A DNA stretch of 64,000 bases from NCBI GenBank assembly GCA_902801325.1, contig CADCHQ010000013.1:73434-137433 (forward strand), given 5' to 3'. Below, piece by piece: positions 1 through 9,514 of the stretch (positions are counted from its first letter, which is position 1; each line of letters begins with the position of its first letter). A model generated the notes under the pieces. It had not been told where the DNA came from and did not search any database. It was given only the letters and a program-made list of their open reading frames with translations. Source of the DNA: an uncultured Bacteroidales bacterium. GTDB lineage: Bacteria; Bacteroidota; Bacteroidia; Bacteroidales; Bacteroidaceae. Made by a program: the position numbers and the translations under genes.

Positions 1-523
1 TGTCGGGGTTCTTGTCGTAGGCAATGGTGAGCTTACGTTCGTTCATGTTGGGGATGGTGAATTCGAATCCATCCTCGGGGAAACTACCACTCTGGATGGG
101 GTCGACATCGTCCTTCGTGCCGTCGAGAATACTGTTGTAAACAATAATCTTCTGAATGGAGTCGAGGGTGCGATCGTCGGGGAATCCATCCCATGAGGGT
201 TCGGAGATGATGCCCTTGGCGCAAAGTGTATCCAGATAGTTGTGGATGGCTTTGTTGGTGGGGGCAAACATCGTGTATTTACCACGTGCCGACATCAACT
301 GGAATACAGTGGACTTGGAACGGTGGCTGATCTTTACTTTCTGCAGCAAGTCAATGTACTCGCTGTAGGTGGTGTCATGCTCTGTCAGGTAGCTGGCAAT
401 GGTGTACTCCTTGAAGGTGTAGCGGTCGGACATGTCGATGTCCTCCTTACAACCCTGCAGGAACCCCAGTGCTATTGCCAACAGAGGCAGAAACGCATAT
501 TTTGTCAGATTATTCTTTTTCAT
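1..523 (-). CDS. Fasciclin (FAS1) domain lipoprotein, C-terminal part lost at window edge
   Basis: Absent from the ORF track because it runs off the edge. My translation from the ATG at 521-523 gives MKKNNLTKYAFLPLLAIALGFLQGCKEDIDM... (lipoprotein signal plus Cys) and the FAS1 motif TMFAPTNKAIHNYL. It starts 21 nt after the SusD-like stop. Confidence 0.7.
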   Translation of the reverse strand, partial: MKKNNLTKYAFLPLLAIALGFLQGCKEDIDMSDRYTFKEYTIASYLTEHDTTYSEYIDLLQKVKISHRSKSTVFQLMSARGKYTMFAPTNKAIHNYLDTLCAKGIISEPSWDGFPDDRTLDSIQKIIVYNSILDGTKDDVDPIQSGSFPEDGFEFTIPNMNERKLTIAYDKNPD

Positions 524-544
524 GACTTAGTTCCTCCTTTCGAC

Positions 545-2527
545 TTAATCATACAGAGATTTGTTCCATACGGGATTCTGCTCCAGATTGCCGTTGGAGG
601 CCTGAATCTCTTTATAATATATAAGATTGTACAACCCGTAGCGGTTTTTCATGCGATTGATGAGGGTCTTACGCTTTTCTGTGCTGTATTCGCCTGTCAT
701 CAGGTCGTTGACCATTGCCTTCACACCGGCAAGACCGCTGTTGATGTTGTTCTCCTCTGTCCATTCGCGTGGGTCTTTGGTTCCATCGGGACCACCTGCG
801 TGGCGTTCGGCATAGCGTACAAGGTCGAACCAGCGTTTGCCTTCACCCAAGAACTCGAGTTGGCGTTCGTTGAGAACTGCTGTCTCATAGTTGTTGCGGG
901 TCTTGTCAGAAGATGCGATACCTGGGTCGATGGCATTACCCAGTGTTGCAGCATTGCTGGTAGAATAGAACTTCGTGCCATTGTCGTCGGTAACGCTTTC
1001 CAGAGGCTGTGAACTGTCGCTTCTGTCATCGTTGCAGAACCAACGGCGATGGAGGGCGTTGACATAACGCATGGCTTCGGCACCTTGTCCGAGAATTGCC
1101 ATAGCCTCGGCTTTCTGCAACATTACATCGCTGATGCGATAGATAATCCAGTTGCAATATTTCGAAGCATTGTTGGTGGAAACCTTAATGCTGCTGCACT
1201 GGTGGTCATCAGGCATCGACAACGAGAAATCGCCACCTGACCACTTGAAGCAGAAGTATCCGGGAAGAGCCATAGACTCACCAACGGCTTGATTCCATGC
1301 GGAGAACCACATGCGGGCATCGCGAGTACGTGAGACGGGGCTACCGGAATAGATGCGGGCCAAAGTACCATCACTTGCTGCCAGGTGGGTGTGGGTTGCA
1401 TAACCCCAGATGCCACCATTACCTCCACTCGTACCGTTCAGGTCATGTTCACGACCCTCGTTCTGGTTGAACTGCAACTCGAAGATGCTCTCCTCACTGT
1501 TGCCACCATAGATTTCACGGTAGGCAACCAGACTTGGAGTGTTACCACTGGAGAAGTTCTCGAAGCGGTTCTTGTAGAGAGTGACGTTCTCCAAACCATA
1601 GGTCAAGGTCTCGGACAATGATTCTCCATAACTTGCGTTTTTGCGATCGTTCTGGATAGCAAGTGTAGAAAGGGCAAGGTCGGCATAATCGATAGCCTTC
1701 TGATAGTCGCCACGAACGGTGTGGGCTACATAGCCAGTGCCTTTCTTAGGCTTATTGTTAATGTAAACGGTGTCCTCCTGATCGAGATTGTTGTATCTGC
1801 CGTGGCGAAGTGATGCACGCCAGAGATACATGTCGCTCAGCATGGCATAGAGGGCGGGGTTGGTGATGAGACCCTTGGTGTCCTTCTTCTGTGAGAAACG
1901 GTTGCGGGCCTGACCTGCGATTTCCTCAACATCGATGATAAGGGAGTCGAGGACCACCAACTGGTTGGTGGCGCCAAAGCGAACTACCTCGGAGTCATTG
2001 TTGATGACCTTCGTGGTGTAGGGAACATCCTTGAAGGCACGAATCAGATAGAAGTAGTTCAGGGCGCGAAGACCAGTGATCTCTGCCTTCATCTGCGTCC
2101 ACTCGGCATTGGTGAACTGTTTGTCTCTCTCCAATACCTCGGCACCGTGCTGCAGTACCTTATTACAATAGTTAATAGTCTTATAGAAGCCTTCCCAGTC
2201 GAAATAGCTGTTGGCGGAGTCGCGTTCGATGCTGGCTTCGCGGATTTCACGGTAAAGGCTCACAATAGCAGTAGCCTGGTCGCCACTGTACTGTGTGTAA
2301 GAGTCGGAACGGAGGTCGCCCCAGAGTGCCATGCGAGATACACAACTGCACATCTGCTTGTAGGCTGCATAGCGCACACCCTCAAGGTCGTTCTTGTCCT
2401 CCCAATAGTTTTCCTCGACAATCTTGTCTTGGGGATAGATGGTGAGCCAATCCTGACAGGATGATAACGTCCAGGCTACTAAGCCCAGGATGAGACCCAT
2501 CTTAATGGAATTATGATATCTTTTCAT
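545..2527 (-). CDS. SusD/RagB-family nutrient-binding outer-membrane lipoprotein
   Basis: 660 aa with lipoprotein signal ...AWTLSSCQDW. It has TPR-like SusD sequence character and sits 11 nt downstream of the SusC-like gene. Confidence 0.9.
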   Translation of the reverse strand: MKRYHNSIKMGLILGLVAWTLSSCQDWLTIYPQDKIVEENYWEDKNDLEGVRYAAYKQMCSCVSRMALWGDLRSDSYTQYSGDQATAIVSLYREIREASIERDSANSYFDWEGFYKTINYCNKVLQHGAEVLERDKQFTNAEWTQMKAEITGLRALNYFYLIRAFKDVPYTTKVINNDSEVVRFGATNQLVVLDSLIIDVEEIAGQARNRFSQKKDTKGLITNPALYAMLSDMYLWRASLRHGRYNNLDQEDTVYINNKPKKGTGYVAHTVRGDYQKAIDYADLALSTLAIQNDRKNASYGESLSETLTYGLENVTLYKNRFENFSSGNTPSLVAYREIYGGNSEESIFELQFNQNEGREHDLNGTSGGNGGIWGYATHTHLAASDGTLARIYSGSPVSRTRDARMWFSAWNQAVGESMALPGYFCFKWSGGDFSLSMPDDHQCSSIKVSTNNASKYCNWIIYRISDVMLQKAEAMAILGQGAEAMRYVNALHRRWFCNDDRSDSSQPLESVTDDNGTKFYSTSNAATLGNAIDPGIASSDKTRNNYETAVLNERQLEFLGEGKRWFDLVRYAERHAGGPDGTKDPREWTEENNINSGLAGVKAMVNDLMTGEYSTEKRKTLINRMKNRYGLYNLIYYKEIQASNGNLEQNPVWNKSLYD

Positions 2528-2538
2528 TGTAGTGCGTT

Positions 2539-5500
2539 TTAGAATCCAACATTAACACTGCAGGTAAACGAACGACGGACGGGGGTCTTACTTTCGTCAA
2601 TAGCAATACCAAAACCACCAGGACTAATTTCGGGGTCAACACCGGTGTACTTCGACCAGCAGAATATATTGTTGATGGTAGCGGAGAGGTAGAGCTGACG
2701 AACGCCAATCTTCTTCAGTTTCTTGGCATCGAAGTCATACTTCAGCTGGATGTACTGCAGACGCAGGTAGTTTCCATCCTCAATGTAGCGGTCTGATACA
2801 AGTGAGTTGTAACTTGCATAGTCGTTGACACCTGTCAGGGCACGAGGTATCTCTGTGATGTCGCCGTTCTTACGCCAGCGCCATGTGGTGGCATAGCTCT
2901 GGTTGGTGATGGTACGCATGCTTTCGTAACGGCTCTTTGCCAAGTTCAGAATCTGGTTACCCAGACGGAAGTTGAAGGAGGCGTTCAGAGAGAAACGTCC
3001 ATAGAAGAGGTTGATACCGAAACCACCATAGAGTTTGGGGTTGGAGTTACCCAGGTATACAACGTCGTATCGGTCGATAGATCCGTCATGGTTGATGTCC
3101 TCGTAGATGGCATCACCACCTTGGAACTGATAGCGGCTACCTTCGCTGTAGCAGTAGTACATGGGCAGGGGGTTACCCTTGGCATCGGTTAGCATGTTGC
3201 CGTTGGCATCGAATGCCAGGGGGCAGGTTGCATCCTCACCACGGCGCTGTGCTGCAGCAGCGGTGTTGATGGCAAAGTCGCGATACCACTTGCCATTGGC
3301 ATCCTGGCTGTAGTGATAACCATCACCCAGGGCTCTGGCTTCGTCAGCGGTCTCTGCATTGCGATAGCCTCCGTTTCCGTTGGGTACGCTTTCAGCATAT
3401 CCGTAGGCCTTGAAGGTAGCGTTGTCATATCCGTTGTGATTGTAGTCGTAGCGGTAAACACCCTTTGACTTCAAACCATAGATGGAACCCAGTGCATTGT
3501 GAATCTGCACACGGGTCTGGTAAGCAAAGTTAGTGGGATTCCAGGTGTCGTCGCCATTCAGGTTCTCGAGCAACAGGGGATCCATTTCCTCAACCTCGTT
3601 GAAGTTCTGTGATACGTTACCACGCAACTTCATTGAGAACTTGCCAACCTTGGCAAACTTGGCAGTAGAGCCATTCAACTCCCAACCCTTGTTACGCATA
3701 ACACCGCCGTTGACCCATGACAGGCTGGAGAATCCGTTGGCACTGGGGATGCGGAGGCCTGACATCAGCAGGTCGGTAGTCTTCTTGTTATATACCTCAA
3801 ACTCGAAGGTGAACAAGTCGTCGAGCAGACCTAAGTTGAAACCGAGGTTCCACTGTGCTGTCTTTTCCCACTTCAGCTCGGGCAGAGAAAGGTTCTCAGG
3901 GATAACGATGGTGTGTCCGTTGTAGTAACCACCCGATGCATAACGGTTGTACTGGTTGCCACCTGCGCCACCGACGTTACCTGTCATACCCCATGTGGGA
4001 CGGAAGGATAACATGCTGATGACTTTACGTGTCTTCTCCATGAACTTTTCGTCGCAGATGTTCCAACGAGCTCCGATGGAGGGGAAGGTTCCGTACTTGT
4101 GGGAACGTCCGAAGTTGGTGCGTCCGTCGGTACGTACTGTCAAGTCGAGTGAGTATTTACTCTTGTAGGAGTAGTGCAACTGCTCGAAGAAGCTGTGACT
4201 GCGCCACTCGCTGTTTGATGCACTGGCAGCATCGAGAAGAGCCACAACGGTGGGGTCGGTGATGCCGTTAGGAACGTTCCAAAGACCCATGTTCTGACGA
4301 GAACTGTTACCTGTGCTCAATTCGAAGCGGAACATACCGGAGAGGCTGTGGTCTGAATTCTTGAAGTGAGAGTAGTAGCGCAAGTCGTGACGGGTGTGGA
4401 ACTCCAGTGACTTATATTCATTATTAGTAACTACATTACGCTGGTTGCTGGTGAGTCTGGTTTTGTTATCGCCACCCCAAACCCAAGGCATGGTGTGCAG
4501 CTCTGCAGGAACATAGGTGTCATCGCTGGTGTTGTTGATGTTCAGCTGTACGTCGCCCACATAGTTCAACTGATGCTGGTCGTTGTCCTTGCCCCACAAC
4601 TTGTAGGTGACATCGAACTGCGGCGTCAAACTGTATTGCTTCTTCTCGTGCCATGCGAGCTTCGACCATGCTACGGGGTTACCGTTGGTGAACATCTGGC
4701 GCAATTCCCAAGAGGTCATTGTTCCATCGTTAGTAATTCCGCTAGTGCTAGTGTTACTCCAATTAGCTGCCAGAGGAAGCATGTTGAAGTAGTTTCCTGT
4801 CAGGTTACCCATAGCGTCGTACTCATAGATGCTCATGTTTGGCATGGCATTGTAGGCACGGTCCATGGGGTTGGTTTCAGCGTTCTGGTGGTTTGTGGTA
4901 AATGTCATACCCATTGTGGCGCGGAACTGGATACGGTCGCTGACGTTGTAGTCAAGTGTCGTGGACTCGGTGAACTGATCCATCTTCTGTCCGATAACGA
5001 CACCCGTCGACTTGTTGTATCCAGCACCAATACGGAATGTGGCTTTCTCACCACCACCATCGAGACCGATGTAGTAGCGGTGTTCCTTACCGAACTGCTT
5101 CACTGCATCCAGCCAATCGGTGTTGTGGCTATAGTGATTATAGATGTAGGGAACTTCGGTGTTGTAGTCCAACTCGTAGATGTTGGTCTGGCGCTGAGTG
5201 GGATTGAAGAAGGCTTCCTTCTGCATCATGGTGTATCCGTCACCATTCAGCATCTTGTATCCGTCAGGCTGCCAGGTTCCGTTGAACTTGTACATGAAGT
5301 TGACGCGGGTAGGACCACGATGACCTCTGCGTAACTTAATTTCGATGACACCATTGGAACCACGCACACCCCACTTGGCCGATGATGCGGCGTCCTTCAG
5401 TACGGTGATGCTTTCGATATCCTCGGGGTTAACGTTCAGCAGGGTAGAGAACTGTTCCTCGTTGTCCATGTCCTCGAATTTGACGGGCTGGGCATCGTCG

Positions 5501-6099
5501 GGAAGTTCAAAGATGTGGTCGTTCACAACAATCAGAGGTTGTGCATTACCATTAATGGTGGAAGTACCGCGAAGACGCATGGTGGTACCTGAACCCAGGT
5601 TACCGGAGTTGGCAACAATATCAAGACCGGCAATCTGTCCTTGCAGGGCTTGGTCGACAGACTCGAATGCCAAACCTTCCAGGTCATCCATCTTCATGGA
5701 GCTGACGGCACCGGCATATTCACGCTGTGGAATGTCGAGACCCGTAGTGGGGGCTTTCTTCTTAGCTGTGATGACAGCTTCCTTCATGACTTTCACAGCT
5801 TCTGCCATATTCACCTTAAAGACAGTCTTGTTAATGGGGTATGTCTTATCGGTGTAGCCCATACCGTGGAAGACCAGCTTGTTCTTCTGGTTCTTCACTG
5901 TCATGGTGAAGTTACCATTGGCGTCGGTGATGGCACTGCTGACGATACGATTGTTGCTATCCATTTCCTTGACCTGAATGCCAGGGATGCCACCGAACTC
6001 GTCAGAAACCGTACCGCTAATACGACTTATCTGTGCGCTTGCAGGCAGTGAGAATAGGACAACTGCCCAAAGCATTATGACTTTGATATATTTATTCAT
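2539..6099 (-). CDS. SusC/RagA-family TonB-dependent outer-membrane transporter
   Basis: 1186 aa with a signal peptide and an N-terminal carboxypeptidase-regulatory-like domain (ISGTVSDEFGGIPGIQV). It has a plug region (NVNPEDIESITVLKDA), a long beta-barrel and a terminal F. Confidence 0.95.
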   Translation of the reverse strand: MNKYIKVIMLWAVVLFSLPASAQISRISGTVSDEFGGIPGIQVKEMDSNNRIVSSAITDANGNFTMTVKNQKNKLVFHGMGYTDKTYPINKTVFKVNMAEAVKVMKEAVITAKKKAPTTGLDIPQREYAGAVSSMKMDDLEGLAFESVDQALQGQIAGLDIVANSGNLGSGTTMRLRGTSTINGNAQPLIVVNDHIFELPDDAQPVKFEDMDNEEQFSTLLNVNPEDIESITVLKDAASSAKWGVRGSNGVIEIKLRRGHRGPTRVNFMYKFNGTWQPDGYKMLNGDGYTMMQKEAFFNPTQRQTNIYELDYNTEVPYIYNHYSHNTDWLDAVKQFGKEHRYYIGLDGGGEKATFRIGAGYNKSTGVVIGQKMDQFTESTTLDYNVSDRIQFRATMGMTFTTNHQNAETNPMDRAYNAMPNMSIYEYDAMGNLTGNYFNMLPLAANWSNTSTSGITNDGTMTSWELRQMFTNGNPVAWSKLAWHEKKQYSLTPQFDVTYKLWGKDNDQHQLNYVGDVQLNINNTSDDTYVPAELHTMPWVWGGDNKTRLTSNQRNVVTNNEYKSLEFHTRHDLRYYSHFKNSDHSLSGMFRFELSTGNSSRQNMGLWNVPNGITDPTVVALLDAASASNSEWRSHSFFEQLHYSYKSKYSLDLTVRTDGRTNFGRSHKYGTFPSIGARWNICDEKFMEKTRKVISMLSFRPTWGMTGNVGGAGGNQYNRYASGGYYNGHTIVIPENLSLPELKWEKTAQWNLGFNLGLLDDLFTFEFEVYNKKTTDLLMSGLRIPSANGFSSLSWVNGGVMRNKGWELNGSTAKFAKVGKFSMKLRGNVSQNFNEVEEMDPLLLENLNGDDTWNPTNFAYQTRVQIHNALGSIYGLKSKGVYRYDYNHNGYDNATFKAYGYAESVPNGNGGYRNAETADEARALGDGYHYSQDANGKWYRDFAINTAAAAQRRGEDATCPLAFDANGNMLTDAKGNPLPMYYCYSEGSRYQFQGGDAIYEDINHDGSIDRYDVVYLGNSNPKLYGGFGINLFYGRFSLNASFNFRLGNQILNLAKSRYESMRTITNQSYATTWRWRKNGDITEIPRALTGVNDYASYNSLVSDRYIEDGNYLRLQYIQLKYDFDAKKLKKIGVRQLYLSATINNIFCWSKYTGVDPEISPGGFGIAIDESKTPVRRSFTCSVNVGF

Positions 6100-6111
6100 G
6101 GCTTGTCGGTT

Positions 6112-9099
6112 TTAGTGGATTGCAAAACGTGTCATATACTTCTTAGCCTCGCCTGAGTTCCCGAAGTCGGGAATGTCGGCATGATAGAGTGCTGTAGGAA
6201 TCTGATGGATGACAGCAAAGCTTGATCCATCGATGGTGATTCCATTCATAGTTGTCTGCTTGGCAGGTGTCTTACTACATGACACATCACGTGCGAGGAT
6301 GTTGACATTGCCTTCAGCCGTGATCCAGTCGCCGCCATTGGCGTCTTTAACTTGCAGGACACCAGATTGTGGACGTTGCATGTTGATCTTGCAGAACAGA
6401 CCCTTCACGTTGTCGTAACTTGCGGTAACGAACTCTGTGCTGGGAACGATGCTGTTATCAACAAACATGCTGTTGTCGGCAAAGTGGTAACGAATGAAGT
6501 TGATAAGGTAAGTGATCTTGGCTTGCAGACGCAGGCTGTCGGCAGTGTTGAGCAGGTGCATGTCGGCAGAATCCTTATCGCATTCCTCATAGTCGGCAGC
6601 AATCTCATCCCAAGTGGGCAGACCCTTCGCAATGGCATCATTAACTGCTTCGTTGGTGGGAGCCAGGATGGTGTAGCGATAGTTGTTGAAGAACTGGATG
6701 TTGAAGTCAGGTCCCTTGTCGTCGATAAAGATCTGGTACTTCTTCAGCTCTGCCTTCTGCTGTGTCTGTGACAAGTGGGTCTCGTCCACCAGACCGCAAG
6801 CACGAATGATTTCTTCATTTACCTCGCACAATTCGTAGAATTTGTTATAGGCATAGTCCTCTTCATAGTTCCCGTCGTTGGTGAAGATGCTGTATACACT
6901 GTGGCTTGCAGGAACAACGGGGCTATCGAGAATGTAGGTGGTACCGTTCGACATGTTTTGTTCGTCGGTAACAATGTTCTTCTGTACTCCGTGAAGTTCA
7001 GTGTAAGCGTTCTTGTTAGCTGCGCTGATACTTCCTTCGATACCTGCTTCCTCGTTCTCAAGCTGGAATCCACCTTGTACGCTTACGATGTGTCCTCCTT
7101 CGCGATAAACCTTCACGGGAGAACCGTTCTTGGCGAGATACCATTCGTCGACTCCACTGTTGATTTCATCAACGCCGTCGAGCACAACGGTGTGGCTCTC
7201 CAGAATGTCCTTCAGACGGTTGGTGATTTCACCGTTAGCCATCTTCTCAAGGTTGAATTCTTGTGCGAGTTCGCCAATCGTAGCATTGTAGCTATACATC
7301 TTATAAGAGATGGGGAATGAACCACTCTTGTAATAGAGCTGCAACATACGGCTCTTCTGGCTCTTGAAGCTGGTGGGGTCGTAGTAGTATTTCATACCCT
7401 CGTCGCTGGGCAAGAAGAATGCGAAGCGGCTCTGCATGGCCTTCAGGTAGGCGTAGTAGTTCAAACCCATGTAGTCGGTAGCACTGGTAGAACCGTTGTA
7501 GATGGCCCAGCGCAATACCAGGTTTGTATTAGAAATGTAAGCGGGGGCAGCAACAGAGGTGTAGTCGGCAGGACCATATACCTTGTCTGTCACGTAGATC
7601 ATACCATTGGTAGCCAACATGGTACCGGTGATGTGATCGACGTCCTCGGGATAGAAAATCTGCTCCTGGGCATCGTCACGCAACGATGACATCTTGCTGG
7701 GAACGGAACCCGTGAAACTTGGGAACATCACTACGTTGAGCAAAGAACGCAACGTGGAGATGGGAATTTGGTCGATCTGCTTGTACAGTTCTTCCAAGTT
7801 TGTGGGTCGAACGTATGGAATCTCTTGTGGAGTACCTTCCTTCATGTAGTAGGTGCGGATGAGCTGCCATCCACCACCGCCTTCAGTGAAGTACTTCCAC
7901 ATGGTGTCGTCGTCGGGAACGAACATGGCTGCCATGTCGTATTGGGGTGCTGTAGCGGCACTGTTACTCCAATGCGAGTCGTCGAAAGCATAGGCATTCC
8001 ATGCGGGGTCGAACTTCAGCGTAACATCCGTACTGGCTGCATCACGGAACTTCTCACCATTGGGGTCGGTGTTCAAAGCCCTATGTCCATAGCTGAGGTC
8101 GGAGAAGTAGCGCTTGCTGAAGATGGAGTCGGTCCAAGTGATACCGCGGGAAGCCATCAGGTTCTTGTAGGCTTCTGTTACCGTGTTGTTGTAGAAGGGA
8201 GCACTCCAACGATCGAGCATGTGGCTGAAGATGTTTGTCTTGCCATTGGTGCGAAGCAACTCTGCCATGTTGGGAAGAGGCTTAACCACCTTCTCGGTCT
8301 TGTTGATGTAACCATTCTCTGCAACACCGTCCTTCTCCAGCAGCAATGCGTCGTAGATGTGTACGTCGCTGGTCTTGCGCTCACGTCCCATGAATATGGC
8401 GAAGTCCTCGTCGGTGACGTTGTTCTTCGTCAAATGTTCATTGGTGAAGTGAAGCATCATGGTCAGCGAAGAGTCGTTCACCAGATACAGACCTTTACCG
8501 CCATTTTCGCTACGGAAGCGCCACCAGTAGTCTTTCTCCTGATTGCCTACATTGTAGTTCACGGGCAGTGAGTTGCCATCAAGGTAGGTGATGGTGTCAG
8601 TTGCCTCTACATCGGTGTAGCGACGCATGAAATCACCTCGTGAACTGATGTCGCTTGTACTCGAGGAGAGGTTCTCCATTACGATGGCGTTGTTGAGCAT
8701 GCTGGTGTGAATCAGCAGCTTCTTTTGGCTCACACTCAGGTTTTCGTAGCTTGTAGCCGTGTGCCATGGGTCGGTCTCGGGCAACTTCGCGTTTTGCTCG
8801 AAGAAGGCCTTCCAGGCATCGTCATCGGCAACGAACACTGTTTTTGAACCAGTTCGTGACAGCACCTCAGTGAGGGGGCGCGCATTAGTGGGATTGACAT
8901 CAGGGTCGCCGAGCAGACGAAGGTAGTTGGTGTACTTACCAGTACTTTCCAGACCTTCGTAAATGCTGGTCGTTAGCCACGAAGGCTTTTCGTCGTCCAG
9001 CGTGTACTCGTCCTTACACGATGATGTCAGACCGCAGGCTGCCAGCAGAAATAGACCAAAAGTGGCCTTCCTACTCATTTTGCTTAAACGGTTTTCCAT
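6112..9099 (-). CDS. Large multi-FAS1 (fasciclin) domain lipoprotein
   Basis: 995 aa with lipoprotein signal LLAACGLTSSCKDEY. The true start could be the second Met at 9078. FAS1-type motifs are KTVFVADDDAWKAFF and YTILAPTNEAVNDAIAKG. It sits directly upstream of SusC. Confidence 0.75.
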   Translation of the reverse strand: MENRLSKMSRKATFGLFLLAACGLTSSCKDEYTLDDEKPSWLTTSIYEGLESTGKYTNYLRLLGDPDVNPTNARPLTEVLSRTGSKTVFVADDDAWKAFFEQNAKLPETDPWHTATSYENLSVSQKKLLIHTSMLNNAIVMENLSSSTSDISSRGDFMRRYTDVEATDTITYLDGNSLPVNYNVGNQEKDYWWRFRSENGGKGLYLVNDSSLTMMLHFTNEHLTKNNVTDEDFAIFMGRERKTSDVHIYDALLLEKDGVAENGYINKTEKVVKPLPNMAELLRTNGKTNIFSHMLDRWSAPFYNNTVTEAYKNLMASRGITWTDSIFSKRYFSDLSYGHRALNTDPNGEKFRDAASTDVTLKFDPAWNAYAFDDSHWSNSAATAPQYDMAAMFVPDDDTMWKYFTEGGGGWQLIRTYYMKEGTPQEIPYVRPTNLEELYKQIDQIPISTLRSLLNVVMFPSFTGSVPSKMSSLRDDAQEQIFYPEDVDHITGTMLATNGMIYVTDKVYGPADYTSVAAPAYISNTNLVLRWAIYNGSTSATDYMGLNYYAYLKAMQSRFAFFLPSDEGMKYYYDPTSFKSQKSRMLQLYYKSGSFPISYKMYSYNATIGELAQEFNLEKMANGEITNRLKDILESHTVVLDGVDEINSGVDEWYLAKNGSPVKVYREGGHIVSVQGGFQLENEEAGIEGSISAANKNAYTELHGVQKNIVTDEQNMSNGTTYILDSPVVPASHSVYSIFTNDGNYEEDYAYNKFYELCEVNEEIIRACGLVDETHLSQTQQKAELKKYQIFIDDKGPDFNIQFFNNYRYTILAPTNEAVNDAIAKGLPTWDEIAADYEECDKDSADMHLLNTADSLRLQAKITYLINFIRYHFADNSMFVDNSIVPSTEFVTASYDNVKGLFCKINMQRPQSGVLQVKDANGGDWITAEGNVNILARDVSCSKTPAKQTTMNGITIDGSSFAVIHQIPTALYHADIPDFGNSGEAKKYMTRFAIH

Positions 9100-9236
9100 A
9101 CATTTAGTAATTTAGGTTTAATTGTTAGTTTTTCTCTGTTTTCATCCAGTAATGGCTGATGCCATATATGTGCAAATTGGCGTGGATACATGGTTCCGCA
9201 CACCAAAAATCGCATTTTTCAGCGGTATACACCCTA

Positions 9237-9244
9237 CAAATATA
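9237..9244 (-). promoter_or_regulatory. Candidate Bacteroidota -7 box (TATATTTG) for the FAS1-SusC-SusD operon
   Basis: The reverse complement of caaatata matches TAnnTTTG. No well-spaced -33 TTTG was seen, and it lies about 140 nt upstream of the ATG at 9099. Confidence 0.35.
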
Positions 9245-9454
9245 AACCAAATTTCATAATAATTAAGACTTGCAAAGCTTGAAACTTGCCGTAATTAACA
9301 CAAATTAACAAATAAAGTCTTTAGAAATGTTAAAATCGATTTATGTTGCGTTTAATCTATGGTCAAATCCCGTCTTCCGACACAATAATTAAGGTTAACG
9401 CACGCGCGTGACATTCTTTCATCCATTTCTTGTCCGATTTACTTGTTTCCCGAA

Positions 9455-9491
9455 CAAAAAAAATGCCCCCATGGCAGAACCATGAGAGCAT
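9455..9491 (-). terminator. Rho-independent terminator after the GH-A/T9SS gene
   Basis: On the minus strand the sequence is AUGCUCUCAUGG-UUCUG-CCAUGGGGGCAU. This is a 12-bp stem with 2 G-U pairs, followed by U8. Confidence 0.65.
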
Positions 9492-9514
9492 GTTTGAGTC
9501 GGTGTCCGTAAGTC

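Noticed and set aside
242-1012. 256-aa plus-strand ORF and 80-aa minus-strand ORF (43-285) at the left edge
   Set aside because: The region is explained by the SusD-like gene and by an edge-truncated FAS1 lipoprotein gene in another minus-strand frame (ATG at 523). The listed ORFs have no motifs.
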